This document shows, piece by piece, positions 1 through 7,532 of a DNA stretch of 61,879 nt. Source of the stretch: a virus (lineage: Duplodnaviria; Caudoviricetes); IMG/VR virus record IMGVR_UViG_3300047508_000126, positions 1 to 61,879 of that record; one strand, written 5' to 3'. The translations under genes and the position numbers were made by a program. The notes below the pieces were generated by a model. That model was given only the letters and a program-made list of their open reading frames with translations. It was not told the origin of the DNA and did no database searches. Numbering within the stretch: position 1 is the first letter of the stretch; every line of letters starts with the position of its first letter.

Positions 1-40
1 GGGGGTGGCCCCGGCCCCCCCCGGCCGGGGGGGGCGGGGG

Positions 41-158
41 GGGGGGGCCCGACGGCCGTCCCCGCCGGCTGCGTAACACGGCGAGGCCGCAGCCAGCGGG
101 GAACGAACAAGGCAGCCGCGAACAAGACGACGACGATGAGACCCAGCACGCCGGCCAT
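41..158 (-). CDS. 5' part of a small membrane protein that probably continues across the circular junction into 61879..61759
   Basis: ATG at 158 overlaps the stop of the upstream gene; reads MAGVLGLIVVVLFAAALFVPRWLRPRRVTQPAGTAVGPP (one TM helix) and is in frame with the window end. Confidence 0.6.
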
Positions 159-586
159 CAGGCACCATCCAGGAACCCGGCCGGCGACCGCAGCGGCCGG
201 TAGTCGAACAGCATCGGGAACCGGTGGTGCTCAGTCCGCAGGATGTGGGGGCGGAGCCGGCGGACGGTGTACGGGGCGAAATCCGTCACAGGGGCCCAGT
301 GCGCGGTCCAGTCGTCATCCATGGCCTCCACCAGGAGCCATGGGACATCCGTGCCCTCGTCGTCCCACCCGATGACCGTGTACCGTTCGGCCTCGTCGTT
401 GTCTTCCTCAGCGCGCAGGCACACATGCGCGCTGGGGCCGTACCAGCGACGGGTAGTGCGCAGCCGCCAGCCGCGGCGGGTGATCTCGTACTGGCCGGTG
501 AACCAGTCCTGGACGCCGGACAGGACGCCTCCGGCGAGCAGGCAGGCCAGGAGTCCCCAGCCAAGATTCGAGGTGGTGATGTTCAT
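158..586 (-). CDS. hypothetical protein with N-terminal TM segment
   Basis: 142-aa ORF with start/stop overlaps on both sides. Confidence 0.65.
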   Translation of the reverse strand: MNITTSNLGWGLLACLLAGGVLSGVQDWFTGQYEITRRGWRLRTTRRWYGPSAHVCLRAEEDNDEAERYTVIGWDDEGTDVPWLLVEAMDDDWTAHWAPVTDFAPYTVRRLRPHILRTEHHRFPMLFDYRPLRSPAGFLDGA

Positions 587-897
587 GCTGCGGCCTTCCG
601 GGGCTGCGGGATGGGTGATGGCGGGCGCTTCAGGCGGCGGCGTTCACGCTCGGACATGCCACCCCAGATCCCGAATTTCTGGTCGGTCTTCAGGGCGTAT
701 CCCAGGCACTCGAGCCGGACCTCGCAAGCACGGCAGATCCGCTTGGCTGCGCCGGTCGAGCCGCCCTTCTCCGGGAACCACGCTTCGGGATCGGCTTGGC
801 TGCAGAGCGCCTTGTCCTGCCACGTCAGGTCTTCGGGTGCGGCGGCCGGCTCGACGGCGAACTCCCGCAGGTAGGAACTGACGGCGTAAGGGTTCAT
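583..897 (-). CDS. whiB: WhiB-family Fe-S transcription regulator
   Basis: WQDKALCSQADPEAWFPEKGGS-AKRICRACEVRLECLGYAL-FGIWGGMSERERRRL: four Cys plus G(I/V)WGG turn; start placed at ATG 897. Confidence 0.95.
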   Translation of the reverse strand: MNPYAVSSYLREFAVEPAAAPEDLTWQDKALCSQADPEAWFPEKGGSTGAAKRICRACEVRLECLGYALKTDQKFGIWGGMSERERRRLKRPPSPIPQPRKAAA

Positions 898-1097
898 GCT
901 GCCGCTTCCTTGATGAGCGCGCCGTACACCAGCGCTAGCCCGAACCACTCCGGCGACCCCGACGGGAACGCCCGCACCGACGGCTCCAGCCCGTCGTCGA
1001 GCCACTTCCGGGCGCGGTCCTTCCGGCCGACCCGGATCGCGATGGCAGCCTGGTAGCCGTAGTCGAGGGCGTCGGTGAGGGCGGCCATGTCGGTCAC
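894..1097 (-). CDS. hypothetical protein
   Basis: 67-aa ORF with overlapping start/stop junctions. Confidence 0.6.
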   Translation of the reverse strand: MTDMAALTDALDYGYQAAIAIRVGRKDRARKWLDDGLEPSVRAFPSGSPEWFGLALVYGALIKEAAA

Positions 1098-1279
1098 CGC
1101 CGGGCCTGGGCGGCGCGCTCGTCCGCACGCCCCGCCTCGTAGAAGATGGCCAGCTCGGTGAGGGTCACGGTGAACGTGTCCTGGGTGGGCGTGTCGGGCA
1201 CCAGCTGAATGACAGCGGTGCGTGTTACCTTGGGCATGCAGCAGCCGTCCCTTTGGGTGGCTGAGGATCGCAACGGCAT
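1094..1279 (-). CDS. hypothetical protein
   Basis: AAGGAAGG RBS upstream of ATG 1279; stop overlaps next gene. Confidence 0.5.
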   Translation of the reverse strand: MPLRSSATQRDGCCMPKVTRTAVIQLVPDTPTQDTFTVTLTELAIFYEAGRADERAAQARR

Positions 1280-1332
1280 TGACTTCGTGTCCTTCCTTGC
1301 CGGGTGGAAACAGGTCGAGCTTTGCGGGTGGA

Positions 1333-1367
1333 GACGGGATCCGCGTTCGTGGCGCGGGTCCCGTTTT
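1333..1367 (+). terminator. intrinsic terminator-like hairpin
   Basis: ACGGGATCCGCG-loop-CGCGGGTCCCGT followed by TTT. Confidence 0.55.
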
Positions 1368-1385
1368 CGTCGTTCCAGGTGAGCG

Positions 1386-1556
1386 TCATGACGGGGTGTC
1401 CCCCGTGCGGCCGGTGTCGGGCTCGAGGATCAGGTAGATGCCGTCGGGCCGCTGGATGCGTTCGGCGCCCCTGAGCGGGCCCATGCCTTTGCCGATGTAG
1501 ATCTGCGCGTCCATCGGCTCGTCGAGAAGCGCCTGGATGAGTTCGCGGACTGTCAT
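1386..1556 (-). CDS. hypothetical protein
   Basis: MTVRELIQALLDEPMDAQIYIG..., ATGA overlap with the bldC-like gene. Confidence 0.65.
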   Translation of the reverse strand: MTVRELIQALLDEPMDAQIYIGKGMGPLRGAERIQRPDGIYLILEPDTGRTGDTPS

Positions 1557-1741
1557 GCTGCTACCTCTGCGCGGTCGGCGATCAGGGCGCGGATCTCGGA
1601 CTCGCGGTACCGGCGGTGACCGCCGAGGGTCCGCTGCGTGTTGAGCTTCCCCTCGCGGGCCCACCGGGCAACCGTGTGAGGGTGAACCTTGAGGATGGCC
1701 GCAACCTCAGCGGTCAGGAGCCATCTGCTTGGTGCGTCCAC
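1553..1741 (-). CDS. bldC: BldC-like (MerR/Xis-type) HTH DNA-binding protein
   Basis: LLTAEVAAILKVHPHTVARWAREGKLNTQRTLGGHRRYRESEIRAL closely resembles Streptomyces BldC, including the RTLGGHRRY motif. Confidence 0.85.
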   Translation of the reverse strand: MDAPSRWLLTAEVAAILKVHPHTVARWAREGKLNTQRTLGGHRRYRESEIRALIADRAEVAA

Positions 1742-1773
1742 AGTGTCCGTCCTGGGGTAGTCGGGTGGTTCGT

Positions 1774-1869
1774 CCGTCTAGTCAGTAGACGGTAACCGCC
1801 GACGCGCCAGCCGTCAAGTGGCTAGACGGTCCAGGGGGGACTGTACGGTACCGTCTAGGGGCTATACGC
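1774..1869. promoter_or_regulatory. divergent promoter region with three 19-bp operators (CCGTCTA-N5-TAGACGG)
   Basis: operators at 1774-1792, 1811-1829, 1851-1869; leftward TTGACG(1817-1812)-17bp-TACCGT(1794-1789). Confidence 0.8.
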
Positions 1870-2154
1870 TTGAAGACCGTGAACCAGGACAGCGGCGCGG
1901 GCGAAGAGCTCAACGCGCTATCGCGGGCGCTCGACCGCATCGAAGCCATGCCCGGCTCGCACGCCAAGACAGCAGCGATCCGCGACGCGGCCGTAGGGCT
2001 CGAGAAGCTCAGCGGCAGGGCGGCGGAGATCAGGAGGGCTGAGGTGCTGCGGCTACGCGACAAAGAGCAGCTCGCGCTCGCCCCGCTCGCGGAGCGGGTC
2101 GGCATGTCCAAGGCCCGCGCCGGCCAGATCGTCAAGGAGGCACGCAATGGGTGA
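1870..2154 (+). CDS. HTH repressor-like protein, candidate regulator of the leftward transfer genes
   Basis: C-terminal HTH LAPLAERVGMSKARAGQIVK; divergent from the bldC-like gene across the operator triplet (start may be GTG 1879). Confidence 0.7.
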   Translation: MKTVNQDSGAGEELNALSRALDRIEAMPGSHAKTAAIRDAAVGLEKLSGRAAEIRRAEVLRLRDKEQLALAPLAERVGMSKARAGQIVKEARNG

Positions 2155-2707
2155 GCTGATGACCGTGACCGTGGAAGTGTGGCCGGTGGCCGCCGATGAG
2201 GCGGGCATCTGGCTGGTCAGCGGCCGCGACGCCTGGCGGTTCGGCCCGGTCGAGGCGGCCAGCGACGTGCACTACGAGATCGAGCTGCTGCTGTTCCAGC
2301 ACGGCATCGACCCCGGCGACGCGGTTTTCCTCAAGCTTGCCCCCAGGGCACCGCGGGCGGAAGTGATCCACATGACGTCGGGGCGGCCGCAGGGCCCGAC
2401 GTACGTGCTGACCTACATGGCCGTCGTGGATGTTCCCGGCTACGTGCTGGAGACCTGGCCGGACGCCGCGCCCATCACCGCCGCGCTACCCGCGGCGGTC
2501 GGGAAGGCCCCGCCGCACGGAGCGGCTGAGGTGCCGGTGCCGAGGTGGGTTGACGTCCCTCTCCACGGGCTGCGGCACCTGAAGTTCCTTGCCGGCCCGG
2601 GCGGGGACGCTGAGACGGCGGCGGCGCTGGACGCGAACTGGCGGAGGCACCTGGCCCCGCTCGAGCCCGCGCTGTTCACGATGTTCAGCGAGCGGCTCGC
2701 CGGATGA
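2147..2707 (+). CDS. hypothetical protein, possibly degenerate NUDIX-like fold
   Basis: 186-aa ORF coupled to the HTH gene; no canonical Nudix box, so the fold call is weak. Confidence 0.55.
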   Translation: MGELMTVTVEVWPVAADEAGIWLVSGRDAWRFGPVEAASDVHYEIELLLFQHGIDPGDAVFLKLAPRAPRAEVIHMTSGRPQGPTYVLTYMAVVDVPGYVLETWPDAAPITAALPAAVGKAPPHGAAEVPVPRWVDVPLHGLRHLKFLAGPGGDAETAAALDANWRRHLAPLEPALFTMFSERLAG

Positions 2708-2853
2708 GCGGCTACCCGGAGGACTACCTCAAGGCCATCGAGCGCTGGCTGAACGAGGCGGCTGCGGACCTGCTGCCGGAGGGATACCGGCTCGAGTGGC
2801 GCGACACGCCGGCTACGGCAGAGCAGCCCGATCCGGGGCCGGCTGCGCAATGA
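2704..2853 (+). CDS. small hypothetical protein (49 aa)
   Basis: ATGA overlap; MSGYPEDYLKAIERWLNEAAADLLPEGYRLEWRD... Confidence 0.55.
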   Translation: MSGYPEDYLKAIERWLNEAAADLLPEGYRLEWRDTPATAEQPDPGPAAQ

Positions 2854-2895
2854 TGGACGCGACACCCTCAGGAGGCATGTCGTGACCTAGACATG

Positions 2896-2920
2896 AAAAT
2901 GGCCCGCCTATAGCGGGCCA
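2896..2920 (-). terminator. terminator-like hairpin
   Basis: TGGCCCGC-CTATA-GCGGGCCA preceded by AAAA (U-tract on the minus strand). Confidence 0.6.
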
Positions 2921-3383
2921 CGCTCACAATTCCATCCACCAGATCCGCGCTCACCGGCGACCAACCAAGTGCGCGGGCCCTACGTCAACCGAGGCAAACA
3001 TTACACGTTGCCGTCCGGTCTGCCTAGCACTGCCTGTTTCCCCCGGCGTGTCGCCAGGCCGCTCCCCACCTTGAGCCGTCCACGCTCAACTCAGCAGTCC
3101 TGTCAAGCAGGGCGGCGAGGGACGGCTAGAAGGCACACCGCACTATGGCGTGACCTCCCGTGCTCCGGCTGCCTCCGAGTTAGTGGCTTAAGCCTGGGAA
3201 ATCAGGCGTACCGCGGGGACATCCTCCGGTGGGTAATGGCGACGGGCACGGGCTCAGGCCCCTCATGATCTCTTGGGGGGTGAGGGGGGGCGTGCCCGGA
3301 GCCTTGGGAAAAAGCATCAGGACCGTAACGCGCGCGAGGAAAAAATGGTGGCCGCCGACAGCCCTGCCGGCGGCCACCACGCA

Positions 3384-3524
3384 TCAGATGCTGTCGCGGT
3401 CGTCGGACTGGTGCGCCTCTGCGGCTTCCTCTGCGGCCGCCTCGCCGACGAGGGTGATGAGCTCGGCCTGTTCGGCGGGTGGCAGGGTGCGGAAGATGTC
3501 TTTCAGGGTTACGTCGTAGTACAT
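3384..3524 (-). CDS. small acidic protein (46 aa)
   Basis: MYYDVTLKDIFRTLPPAEQAELITLVGE...; TGATG overlap with the upstream peptide gene. Confidence 0.55.
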   Translation of the reverse strand: MYYDVTLKDIFRTLPPAEQAELITLVGEAAAEEAAEAHQSDDRDSI

Positions 3525-3655
3525 CAGCCGTGGTACCAGGTGGTGGGGGCGCCGGCGTTGATGCTGCCGCCTGTGGTGGCGGATGCGGCGGCTCCGGCTC
3601 CCAGGAGGGCTGCGGCGGCGAGGGCGATTGCGGCGATCTTGCGACGTGCAGACAT
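3524..3655 (-). CDS. small secreted peptide (43 aa)
   Basis: MSARRKIAAIALAAAALLGAGAAASA is a Sec-type signal ending in an AxA site, followed by TTGGSINAGAPTTWYHG; GAGGA RBS upstream. Confidence 0.7.
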   Translation of the reverse strand: MSARRKIAAIALAAAALLGAGAAASATTGGSINAGAPTTWYHG

Positions 3656-3738
3656 TGAACGGGTCCTCTCTGTGACGGCGCTTGGCCTGACCGTAACACG
3701 CCATTGCGTGTCTGTCACCATGCGGTTACGCTCGGCTA

Positions 3739-4041
3739 ATGCATGAGTCACTTAACCGGCTCCGCGATCCGGACCTCGACCTCACCTCGGTGCTCTGCCA
3801 GCTGATCCTCGACATCCGCCGCATCCTCATCCACCCGGACCTCCAGAACCACGTGAAGCTGTCCGCGATCCAGACGGCGGTTGATGAGCTCGCACCGCCG
3901 CCGCCGGTACCGGATCCCTCAACGTCCCGCCGGCCGCCCCTGGCAGGCACCCGCCTGCCCGGCACCGTTGTCCCCTATGGCGGCCGGCGGGCTACTGGGC
4001 ACGGCCCGCCACCGGGCCTACCTGGTGCTACCGTGACCTGA
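3739..4041 (+). CDS. hypothetical protein
   Basis: 100-aa ORF divergent from the peptide gene. Confidence 0.5.
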   Translation: MHESLNRLRDPDLDLTSVLCQLILDIRRILIHPDLQNHVKLSAIQTAVDELAPPPPVPDPSTSRRPPLAGTRLPGTVVPYGGRRATGHGPPPGLPGATVT

Positions 4042-4134
4042 CCGGGTTCCGTCCCATCCGTGACGACGGGTGACGCCGCCGGATGCCGTGGCGCGGCTAG
4101 ACAGCGCCTCCAGTCCTAGATGGAGGCATGTCTC

Positions 4135-4491
4135 ATGCAGATTCTCGAAACGCTCTTCCCTGACTTCGAGCCGGAATACCGTACCCGCGTGTACTTCGGG
4201 CTCGGCCACGACATTGAACGAGTCAAGATCGGCATCACTGGCCGCGAGAACGGGCACCGCGGCGGCGAGATGCATTTCGATGAGCTCGCTTGCATCCCCG
4301 GCGACAGGCTGATCGAGCGGCGGTACCACAGGAAGTACGCAGCGGAGCGCATCGGGACGACGGAGTGGTTCAAGCTGTCTGACCGGCTGCTCATAGACCT
4401 GATCGTCATGTGCGTCCAGCAAGGGCGTCACGGGTCAACCGAGATCCTGAAGGGTATTATGCTCGCCCGGCTGCGGCAGGCGGCAGCGTGA
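4135..4491 (+). CDS. T5orf172/Mug113-type GIY-YIG-like protein
   Basis: VYF...VKIGIT...E..H..Y..ER...EWF signature; GGAGG RBS. Confidence 0.75.
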   Translation: MQILETLFPDFEPEYRTRVYFGLGHDIERVKIGITGRENGHRGGEMHFDELACIPGDRLIERRYHRKYAAERIGTTEWFKLSDRLLIDLIVMCVQQGRHGSTEILKGIMLARLRQAAA

Positions 4492-4910
4492 ACGAGAAGG
4501 GCGTGCATCCGGCAGGCTTCTACCCGAAGTACCCGGAGGTCACATGGGACCTAGCCGAGGAACGCTGGCTGGGGTACCGGTTTCCAAATAGCCGTTCGGA
4601 TGTGCTGGTGGGAGCCGTCTGCCTGACATGCGGCTGGAGCCCGGACCCTGGTGAGACGATCCTGGTCCTGGTGAAGCGCCGCCAGGTCACAGAGGTCATT
4701 ATCGAGAGCCAGCACTGGTATCAGTGCCCCGGTGATCCGCGGGTGAAGTTCTGGTGGCTTGACGAGATGAGCCGTGGCGAGGAAGGCGAGGGTAGCCCTC
4801 CGGCCACATCCGGCTTACCTTCGTTGCGTTACGGCGTGATTACGGTAACGTTAACCTGGTGCGGCGCCGGGCCCCTCCTGGCACCGCGCAGGGGCATCCG
4901 GGACGTTTGA
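4488..4910 (+). CDS. hypothetical protein (CxxC...HxxxC)
   Basis: GTGA overlap with the upstream gene. Confidence 0.5.
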   Translation: MNEKGVHPAGFYPKYPEVTWDLAEERWLGYRFPNSRSDVLVGAVCLTCGWSPDPGETILVLVKRRQVTEVIIESQHWYQCPGDPRVKFWWLDEMSRGEEGEGSPPATSGLPSLRYGVITVTLTWCGAGPLLAPRRGIRDV

Positions 4911-4934
4911 ACGGGCGGCCCGGATGCCCCCTTT
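4891..4934 (+). terminator. terminator hairpin between convergent genes
   Basis: GGGGCATCCGGG (4891-4902) / CCCGGATGCCCC (4919-4930) then CTTT. Confidence 0.6.
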
Positions 4935-4968
4935 CGCCTAGTACCTGCCAGGGCGTGGCGTAAACGCG

Positions 4969-5814
4969 TCACGGGCCGCCTGGGCACCCGGACGGGGTGT
5001 ACGACGGTGACGGATCGGTGCTGTGGTGCGGGCTCGGGGTGTCCGTGTATGACGGGGACGGGCTGCTGCCTGCGGCCGGGGGTGACGGGGTGTCCGTGGC
5101 CGCCGGGTCCGGTGCCGGGGCGGGCGTGTCCTGCCCGGCTGTCGCGGACGGCGACGGCTGGCCGTTCCCGTTCCCGTTCCCGTTCCCGTTCCCGTTGCCG
5201 GGCGGTGCGGAGGACTTCTTAGCCTGACCGGGCGGCGTGGGCTTCCCGGCCTGACCGGGCGGCGACGGGTTCCCGTTCCCGTTGCCGTTGTACGCCTGCG
5301 CCACGACGGACGACCCCTGATGCTGCCCCGGGGTATGAACGCGGAGCTCGGCGGTGTGCATCGCCGGGAGCGTCGCCACCACCAGCGCCGCCGCACCCAG
5401 CCCGGTCAGGGCCACCTTGTGACGGAACACGCGGCCCGCGGCGCTGCAGGCGGCCCCCGCTACGCCTACGACCCGCAGGTGCCGGCGGTCACCCGGCCCG
5501 GCGTACGGCGGTGGCGGCGCTGTTTCCTCCGCGATCCGCTGGTCATACCCGGCCCGCCAGCCCTCCGCACGCCCGGCCGCCGTAGCCTGCTCGCCGGCCT
5601 GCTGCTGCGCCTCCAGCAACGCCAGCATCTCCGAGACCCGGCCCTTCAGCAACTGCACCTGCGTGCGGAGCCCGGCCAGCTCCCGCTCCGTCGCCGCAGC
5701 CCTGCTGGCACGCTCCTGCTCGCACTCATCCAGCCGGGCACGCAGCTGCCTGATGACATCCTGCTCGCGGTCCTGCCCATGCCGCTCAACCGGCATATCC
5801 GGCACGACACCCAC
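4969..5814 (-). CDS. membrane protein with N-terminal coiled coil, one TM, Asn-Gly repeats and a Pro/Ser/Thr-rich tail
   Basis: 281-aa ORF downstream of the repressor on the same strand; GTTCCC tandem repeats at ~5164-5196 encode NGNGNG. Confidence 0.7.
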   Translation of the reverse strand: MGVVPDMPVERHGQDREQDVIRQLRARLDECEQERASRAAATERELAGLRTQVQLLKGRVSEMLALLEAQQQAGEQATAAGRAEGWRAGYDQRIAEETAPPPPYAGPGDRRHLRVVGVAGAACSAAGRVFRHKVALTGLGAAALVVATLPAMHTAELRVHTPGQHQGSSVVAQAYNGNGNGNPSPPGQAGKPTPPGQAKKSSAPPGNGNGNGNGNGNGQPSPSATAGQDTPAPAPDPAATDTPSPPAAGSSPSPSYTDTPSPHHSTDPSPSYTPSGCPGGP

Positions 5815-5932
5815 ACCCTTCCGTGTTCCCTGTGACGTGAGACGCCGGGGTCCCGGGCATCTCTCAGGCCGGTCAGCGGAACGGGTCGCCAGGCCAGCAG
5901 TCCCCTTGGTGAAGCAACAGCCCCCCAGGCTG

Positions 5933-6577
5933 CTAGCCCGCTAGCTCTATCGGCGGCGGCGGGCTGGTGTCGCTATTCGGGCGGCGGGGCCTGACCGACC
6001 GCAGTGCGGCGATGGCCAGGACCCGCTGGTCTTCCGGCGTGAGCTCGGTGAGCCATAGATTCCTCTCAAACTTGTCCTCGAAGATCTCACGTTCGGGGAT
6101 GCCATCTTCGCGGCGGGCGGCGATGTAGTCGCGGATCTCCGCGGCGATCTCGGTCAGCCTTACGGCGACTTCCTCGCCCCGGATCCTGGTCATCTCGTCG
6201 GCGATAGCCTGCCCGATGCGGACGGTGAGGGGGTCCGTCGCAGCGGGCGCGGGGAGGATGCCGGCCAGCGTGGGCTCGTCATCCGCCGCGAGAAGATCAG
6301 CCAGGACCGCGGCGGCGTCGGGACGGCACCCCTCCGCCGCGAGCTGGGCGGGTGTCACGCCGGCGGCTCGGGCCATCTTAGCGATCGTCGCGGCCGGCGC
6401 GTTCCTGACCGCCGCGTACTCGCCAGGGCTGACGTTCTGGTAGCCCTTGACGATCTGCCGCCACCGGCCGTAGCTGATGCCCGCGCGGCGTGCCGCCTCG
6501 CGGATGGAGATGTCCAGGAGCCTGGTGGCGGCTTCAATGAGCCTCCCCTCGGGGGGCGGTTCAGGGCGTGTGTCCAT
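5933..6577 (-). CDS. immunity repressor (cI-like, XRE HTH)
   Basis: ISIREAARRAGISYGRWRQIVKG HTH; divergent from the Cro-like gene and lytic operon. Confidence 0.8.
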   Translation of the reverse strand: MDTRPEPPPEGRLIEAATRLLDISIREAARRAGISYGRWRQIVKGYQNVSPGEYAAVRNAPAATIAKMARAAGVTPAQLAAEGCRPDAAAVLADLLAADDEPTLAGILPAPAATDPLTVRIGQAIADEMTRIRGEEVAVRLTEIAAEIRDYIAARREDGIPEREIFEDKFERNLWLTELTPEDQRVLAIAALRSVRPRRPNSDTSPPPPIELAG

Positions 6578-6583
6578 GTCCCT

Positions 6584-6914
6584 ACCTTCACACAGCTTCA
6601 CATGCGTGTCTACTTGTGACAGGAGTCCGCTCACAGTGTGAGCGTACAGTGCCGCGAAGGTGCTGGGAAGGTGCGTGAACACACTAGAGTTGGTCCCGTG
6701 GCGACCACCTGGGCTCACTTCCGCATCAGCGAAGAACTCCGCGACAAGGCGAAGAAGGCAGCTGCCGCCGACCGGCGGAGCCTGTCGAACTGGTTCGCCC
6801 TCACCGTCGAGCGCGCCCTTGAGGAAGCCCCCGAGCCGCAGCCTGACCAGCCCGTGCCGTGAAGGTGCGCGAAGGTGCTTGCGCTTTACGCACCTTCACA
6901 GTAGGGTGCGTGGC
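6584..6914. promoter_or_regulatory. lysis/lysogeny switch region with repeated GAAGGTGC operators and leaderless promoters
   Basis: GAAGGTGC at 6656, 6667, 6861, 6871; 11-bp IR 6859-6869/6889-6899; CGCTCAC-AGT-GTGAGCG at 6628-6644; -10 boxes TAGAGT 6685 and TAGGGT 6902. Confidence 0.7.
6698..6862 (+). CDS. ribbon-helix-helix (Arc-like) DNA-binding protein
   Basis: WAHFRISEELRDKAKKAAAADRRSLSNWFALTVERAL; GTG 7 nt after a TAGAGT -10 box. Confidence 0.75.
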   Translation: MATTWAHFRISEELRDKAKKAAAADRRSLSNWFALTVERALEEAPEPQPDQPVP

Positions 6915-7142
6915 ATGGGAAAGCCGAACCAGCCCCTGAACCATGAGCCCGAGGCGGTGACATACGCCCGCGAGAAAGCCGGGCTCACCCAGACCGAGCT
7001 CGCGCGGCGTCTCGGCGTCTCCGAAGCGCTCATAAGCCTGATCGAAAGCGGCGGCCGCAACGCCACCCCCGCGATGCTGCTCCGCCTCGCTGCCGCGCTC
7101 AACTGCCCCGTCGTCGTGCTCGAGCGCAAACGCGCCGCCTAG
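6915..7142 (+). CDS. Cro-like XRE HTH protein
   Basis: AREKAGLTQTELARRLGVSEALISLIESGGR. Confidence 0.85.
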   Translation: MGKPNQPLNHEPEAVTYAREKAGLTQTELARRLGVSEALISLIESGGRNATPAMLLRLAAALNCPVVVLERKRAA

Positions 7143-7147
7143 ACGGC

Positions 7148-7179
7148 AAAAAGGCGGGCCCCGCAACAGGGGGCCCGCC
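7148..7179 (-). terminator. terminator-like hairpin
   Basis: AAAAA-GGCGGGCCCC-loop-GGGGCCCGCC. Confidence 0.55.
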
Positions 7180-7214
7180 GGAACACGCACCACAACTTTA
7201 CCAAGGGACACGCA

Positions 7215-7532
7215 ATGAACGGCAACCTCACACCCGCCGGCCAGTACCAGTACGCCACCAGCCCCGCACGCCGCGCCGAATTCTTCGCGCTGCTCGCCAA
7301 CATCGGCGCCTTCTACGAAACCCACCCCCGCGCACCCCTCCCCGACCACATCGTCTTCAACATCGACAACCACGGCGACGACCCCGCCGACCGGGAACAC
7401 GACGTCAAGATGACCGCGATCGAACTCGGCGTCCCCGCCGTATGGCAGGACGGCCTCTTGTGCGCAGCCCGCCGGTTCGGCCCGGCGACCCTGGAAAAGC
7501 ACACCACCCCCGCCCGGAAGGCAGCAGCGTAA
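7215..7532 (+). CDS. hypothetical early protein
   Basis: 105-aa ORF with RBS and C-ending codon bias. Confidence 0.7.
   Translation: MNGNLTPAGQYQYATSPARRAEFFALLANIGAFYETHPRAPLPDHIVFNIDNHGDDPADREHDVKMTAIELGVPAVWQDGLLCAARRFGPATLEKHTTPARKAAA

Noticed and set aside
1-40. G/C homopolymer runs as a G-quadruplex or telomere
   Set aside because: At the contig edge and not matching the sequence expected from the other end; most likely low-quality bases.
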